A DNA stretch of 64,000 bases, taken from IMG/VR virus record IMGVR_UViG_3300043449_002510, positions 60,149-124,148 of that record, one strand, 5' to 3'. Positions 60,422-64,000 of this stretch are shown here, piece by piece. The DNA is from a virus. The notes below the pieces were generated by a model. The model was not told where the DNA came from, did not search any database, and saw only the letters and a list, made by a program, of their open reading frames with translations. Made by a program: the position numbers and the translations under genes. Each line of letters opens with the position of its first letter. Position 1 is the stretch's first letter.

Positions 60422-60425
60422 ATTA

Positions 60426-61073
60426 TTATTTATTTTTTAAAGCTTTTTCAATTAACTCCCCAACATTTATTGAAGCAAAGTTAACCTCTTGTTTATTACA
60501 CTGATTTTCTATTTCCAAGCCATTCGGTAATAAATTATTTACTTCTGAACTGCTTGAAAGCTGGGTTTGTGGAGGAGTATAATCGTCTTTATAGTCTTGG
60601 GTTTGTTTGGGAAGATAATGGTCTCCTATCCATTGTGCGGTATTTGTTTTAACGTCAAGCATTAAAACGCCCTTTTTATTAAGATCCATTTTACTAGTTG
60701 GCTCTTGAGAGGCTGATTCTGGATTTGTGTTACCAAAAGGCATTGGATAAACAACATCAAAAGCCTGTGGTGGGGTAGGCTTCATTTCGTCTTTTTTGGC
60801 AAAATCTTCCACTCTGTGATATTGTTGATCAAAAAGCTGAACTAATGCCCCGCTTTGAGTATGTTCTGGAAGAACATCTTTAGAGAGTTGAATTTGTGCG
60901 TCATGAAACTCTTTAACTTCTGCACCTTTGTCTCTTTCTTTAAGGACAAAACTTCCTGAATTGGCAGATTCTGCAACTTCTTTGAATTGCTCGTTTTTTT
61001 CTTTTTCTTCCCAGTATTTTTTTCTCCAGTTATCATAAGATGGATCTTCGAAAAGTTTGACTTCAATAGCCAT
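60426..61073 (-). CDS. Hypothetical protein
   Basis: 215 aa; preceded by GTGTAA (reverse complement of 61084-61089). Confidence 0.6.
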   Translation of the reverse strand: MAIEVKLFEDPSYDNWRKKYWEEKEKNEQFKEVAESANSGSFVLKERDKGAEVKEFHDAQIQLSKDVLPEHTQSGALVQLFDQQYHRVEDFAKKDEMKPTPPQAFDVVYPMPFGNTNPESASQEPTSKMDLNKKGVLMLDVKTNTAQWIGDHYLPKQTQDYKDDYTPPQTQLSSSSEVNNLLPNGLEIENQCNKQEVNFASINVGELIEKALKNK

Positions 61074-61131
61074 ATAAATTATATTACACGAAATTTATAA
61101 AAACAAACAATAAATAGGTGTAAGTGGGGTT

Positions 61132-61344
61132 ATGGAAGACAACACTGAAATAATAAAAAAAAGCTCTGAGAACGTAGATTCAAAGATAGCAAACGTAAGT
61201 TTAAGGGGTTGGATTTCTGTAATAGTCATTCTAACAGTATGTTTGATGTCTGGACTACAAATAGAAGTAAAAGAACCACTTTATACTTTGGCTGGCTTAA
61301 TTGTTGGATTTTATTTTGGATCTAATAATAAGAAAAATCAATAA
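61132..61344 (+). CDS. Holin-like two-TM membrane protein
   Basis: Two hydrophobic segments, 'IVGFYFGS' and charged C-terminus. Confidence 0.55.
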   Translation: MEDNTEIIKKSSENVDSKIANVSLRGWISVIVILTVCLMSGLQIEVKEPLYTLAGLIVGFYFGSNNKKNQ

Positions 61345-61352
61345 AATAAATT

Positions 61353-61784
61353 ATGAAAATAGTTTTTAATTATTCTGGAGGCTTTTATGCTTATCTAATA
61401 CGTTTTTTCACTAAAGGCCTTTATACCCATTGTGGAATAGTGATAGGAGATGATTTATATCAAGCTCAAATATTTAAAGGGGTATACAAAAAACAATGGC
61501 ATCCAGAAACTTGGGATGTTGTTTACATTGACGTTTCAGATAAAAAAACCGAAAAAGTAAAAAAATTTCTTGAAGGAGAGTTGCAAAGCGGATATGATTG
61601 GTTAGGAGTTTTACATTTTGTTTTTAAATGGTTAAAGCCTAGTAGAAAAAGATGGTTTTGCTCGGAATTGTGCGCCAAAGCATTAGTAGAAGCTGGCATT
61701 TTAAATAAAAAAGAAAAATTAATATATTTTTCTCCTGAAAGTCTTTTTAGGAGAATAAGCAACAAATACTATAATAAGATATGA
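61353..61784 (+). CDS. Permuted papain-like (YiiX/NlpC-P60) amidase
   Basis: 'YTHCGI', 'YDW.G', 'WFCSELCA' (His before Cys, i.e. permuted). Confidence 0.75.
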   Translation: MKIVFNYSGGFYAYLIRFFTKGLYTHCGIVIGDDLYQAQIFKGVYKKQWHPETWDVVYIDVSDKKTEKVKKFLEGELQSGYDWLGVLHFVFKWLKPSRKRWFCSELCAKALVEAGILNKKEKLIYFSPESLFRRISNKYYNKI

Positions 61785-62386
61785 AAAACATTATTACAAC
61801 ATTAGGAATTGCTATTTGTCTGGTGGCAAATTCTGCTTTCGCTCAGACGCCTCCTCCTCTTCCAACTGTTTCAAGCACTGCGCCTGTTACTGATACAAAA
61901 GGAATTATTGAGGCAGTAAAAGATTCTGGTCTTTTAAATGCAACAAATTGGGCCTTTGTTCCTTATGCAACTTACGCTCCAAATACCAAGAAGGGTGATC
62001 TTTGGGGTGCTGGCGCATTGGTTGCTTATAATATTAATCCATATGTAGGTGCTGGATTTGGCGTTGATTATCTTGGAAGATTCAGTTTGCTTTCTGCAAA
62101 TGTATCTTTTAAGTATGCTATGCCATTTGGCAAGTATATTTCAAGCAGTCATCCTGTAATCAAGGACATAGAGCTTGTACCCTTTGCTCTTGCTGGAATT
62201 GGCAGACCAATGGGTGGAACTGACGAAGGAGTTGCAACTCTTCAAGACGTTGGAGCATTTTTTGAAGTTGGCAAATTCGCTGACGGAAAGTTCGCTGTTG
62301 GCGGATGCTGGGGCCAATGGCAAAATGCTGGTGATTATTCTGGAACCAGATATCACTTTTTCTTAGGATGGTCTAAGAATTTTTAA
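61781..62386 (+). CDS. Putative outer-membrane beta-barrel protein
   Basis: Signal peptide (AFA/Q), Pro-rich linker, amphipathic strands, C-terminal Phe. Confidence 0.6.
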   Translation: MKNIITTLGIAICLVANSAFAQTPPPLPTVSSTAPVTDTKGIIEAVKDSGLLNATNWAFVPYATYAPNTKKGDLWGAGALVAYNINPYVGAGFGVDYLGRFSLLSANVSFKYAMPFGKYISSSHPVIKDIELVPFALAGIGRPMGGTDEGVATLQDVGAFFEVGKFADGKFAVGGCWGQWQNAGDYSGTRYHFFLGWSKNF

Positions 62387-62399
62387 ATTAAAAAAAATC

Positions 62400-62431
62400 A
62401 AAGCGCCAGCTTAACAAGTTGGCGCTTTTTT
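62400..62431 (+). terminator. Rho-independent terminator
   Basis: AAAGCGCCAGCTT-AAC-AAGTTGGCGCTTT followed by T-run. Confidence 0.8.
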
Positions 62432-62436
62432 AGTTT

Positions 62437-62619
62437 ATGGGAATCTTATCTATAATTTCAACTATTTTTAAATTTTTATTAAATTTCTTTTTAAATAAAA
62501 ACACAAAAGAAATGAAAGATCAGAAAATTAAACAACAAACTCAAGACAAAAAAGACGAAATAAATAAAGCCATAGAAGATAGAGATATAGATAAAATAAG
62601 GAGAGAAATAAGTGACTAA
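62437..62619 (+). CDS. i-spanin (Rz)-like small membrane-anchored coiled-coil protein
   Basis: N-terminal hydrophobic anchor, charged helical tail; overlaps a lipoprotein gene. Confidence 0.45.
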   Translation: MGILSIISTIFKFLLNFFLNKNTKEMKDQKIKQQTQDKKDEINKAIEDRDIDKIRREISD

Positions 62620-62953
62620 ATTTATCCCTATATTATTTTTAACACTTATTGTTAGTTGTTGCACAATGATTCCTCCTCCGATTGAATCGGACGGTCCCTC
62701 CTTTGATAATGGAGAAAGAAATAGCGGTCTTATTTGTTGGGTAACCAATAATTCAATTCCTTATGGACTCATTACGACAAATGCTAGAAATAGATATAAT
62801 TACTTAATTGAAAATTACGGCAAAAGACTATCTCCACCCATAACAAAAGATTTTGGAATAATTAATGTCCAAACAAATTATTTAATTTCCCTACAAGGAC
62901 TGTCCTATTTTGGGACAATGAACAATTGGAGAAAAAATGAATCACTGAAATAA
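62612..62953 (+). CDS. Lipoprotein, o-spanin (Rz1)-like
   Basis: Lipobox-like 'LIVSC/C' followed by a Pro-rich segment. Confidence 0.5.
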   Translation: MTKFIPILFLTLIVSCCTMIPPPIESDGPSFDNGERNSGLICWVTNNSIPYGLITTNARNRYNYLIENYGKRLSPPITKDFGIINVQTNYLISLQGLSYFGTMNNWRKNESLK

Positions 62954-62986
62954 TAAGCTATATATTTCTGTGTAAATATTATTTGC

Positions 62987-63610
62987 ATGGAAAATATATT
63001 CAATAATCCGAGTAATTTATATTATGGCATCTCCGCTATAATCGCAGCTTTAGGTCTTCTAGGAATTTTATATAGGATATTTAAAACTATTTTTTTATTT
63101 TTAAAGAAAAAATATTCCGATATAGAATCTGCTAACGAAAAAATAGAAAAAATATTCAAAGAAATAACACCAAACCACGGCACTTCTATAAAAGACAAAA
63201 TAAATTCTCTAGATAAAAGAATGAATACAATTGACGAGAATTTAAAAAGAAATAATCAATTGACTGAAAAAATGTTTTCTCGCCAAAGATGGATTCTTGA
63301 CCAAACAACTGGTGCGGTTTTTGAAAGCGACGAAGAAGGAAGATGTATTTGGGCTAATTCTTTTTATTTAAAATTAATACAAAGAAGTTTGGATTCTGTA
63401 GTTGGTCATGGTTGGAAAAATGCCATCGCACCAGAAGACAGAGAAAGAGTCATTGAAAATTGGGAAACCTGTATAAAAGAAGGCAGAGACGCTGAAGATA
63501 CATTTACAATAATTTGCGAAGATGGAAAAAGAGTAAAAGTTTTTTGCTTGGCCCATAAAACAGAAAACAATGGATATATTGGATCTTTAAAAGTTTTAGA
63601 TGAAAAATAA
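62987..63610 (+). CDS. Membrane-anchored coiled-coil protein with C-terminal PAS domain
   Basis: TM at about aa 12-30; 'NHGTSIKD' coiled coil; PAS 'AVFESDEEGRCIWAN......VVGHGWKNAIAPEDRERV...W......DGKR'. Confidence 0.8.
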   Translation: MENIFNNPSNLYYGISAIIAALGLLGILYRIFKTIFLFLKKKYSDIESANEKIEKIFKEITPNHGTSIKDKINSLDKRMNTIDENLKRNNQLTEKMFSRQRWILDQTTGAVFESDEEGRCIWANSFYLKLIQRSLDSVVGHGWKNAIAPEDRERVIENWETCIKEGRDAEDTFTIICEDGKRVKVFCLAHKTENNGYIGSLKVLDEK

Positions 63611-63656
63611 TTTTAATTTTTTAGGTGTAAAATCTATTATAAGTTATAAAAGCAGT

Positions 63657-63684
63657 TTGACAAAAACATAAAGTTGAGTAATCT
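63657..63684 (+). promoter_or_regulatory. sigma70-type promoter TTGACA-N16-TAATCT
   Basis: Upstream of the structured RNA/tRNA region; GTGTAA also present at 63625. Confidence 0.5.
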
Positions 63685-63689
63685 TTATT

Positions 63690-63917
63690 AAGGCCTTAGT
63701 AAAGGTTGAGCCTATAATCAAAACCGTTAGAGGCGAGCCATGGGAATCGGAGACGCCGGTATTAGCAGGAATGTTAATGCTACCAAACGAACAAGGTAAA
63801 AAATCCCATTATAAATTTTGGTCACAGAACAAAACGAGTAATAGGTGTCTTCTCAACGCCCTCAAAGTCATTCGACATGAGAAATTAGCTTTCTCGTTGT
63901 TCGCTTTTCTGTGACCG
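63690..63917 (+). ncRNA. Candidate structured ncRNA(s) in the tRNA leader
   Basis: ATGGGA/TCCCAT-closed multi-hairpin domain and GGTCACAGAA/TTCTGTGACC-closed domain. Confidence 0.4.
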
Positions 63918-63925
63918 ACTCTTTC

Positions 63926-64000
63926 GGGGGTATAGTGCTAATAGTAACACGCTAGATTTGCAATCTTGAGTCAGCGGGGCGGAACCGCTTACCTCCACCA
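63926..64000 (+). tRNA. tRNA-Ala(UGC) with encoded CCA and non-canonical T-loop
   Basis: GGGGGTA/TACCTCC-A-CCA with G3:U70; anticodon loop TTTGCAA; T-stem AGCGG/CCGCT with loop GGCGGAA. Confidence 0.88.

Noticed and set aside
1578-63556. Many 60-130 aa antisense or out-of-frame ORFs in the track
   Set aside because: Nested within well-supported genes, with no motifs and compositions typical of AT-rich shadow frames
1-64000. Stop-codon reassignment (common in large phages)
   Set aside because: Coding density is near complete in the standard code, and TAA, TAG and TGA all end genes at sensible boundaries
1-64000. CRISPR arrays, transposases, integrase, DGR or retron reverse transcriptase
   Set aside because: No regularly spaced direct repeats and no RT, transposase or integrase motifs seen by eye

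Overview
AT-rich, gene-dense segment of a large tailed dsDNA phage genome read in the standard genetic code. The probable host is a PVC-superphylum bacterium (Verrucomicrobia-like), judged from a DUF1559/H-X9-DG prepilin gene and a Verrucomicrobia-style secreted protein. From left to right the window holds: large virion proteins (1-10.3 kb and 14.8-24.6 kb, one ending in a trypsin-like protease domain); a small operon of Whirly-like SSB, two glycosyltransferases and an annealing protein; a replication module (DnaE split into PHP, 3'-5' exonuclease and polymerase-core genes, plus RecB-like nuclease, primase, DnaB and RecA); a ~13.5 kb glycan synthesis/modification cluster containing a SET-domain gene; two sigma factors, a dNMP kinase, a GMP reductase-like gene and a class II RNR; tmRNA; a probable lysis cassette ending in a membrane-anchored PAS protein; and tRNA-Ala(UGC). 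Signals the ORF track does not explain are a ~440-nt highly structured non-coding RNA candidate, further structured RNA before the tRNA, a recurring GTGTA(A/T) putative late promoter, a 9-codon clamp-motif-like micro-ORF (MWEQLEFKF), remodelled D/T loops in both tRNA-Ala and tmRNA, and strong S/T-G enrichment in some virion proteins that may match the glycosylation cluster. All family calls come from motif recognition by eye, not database searches.
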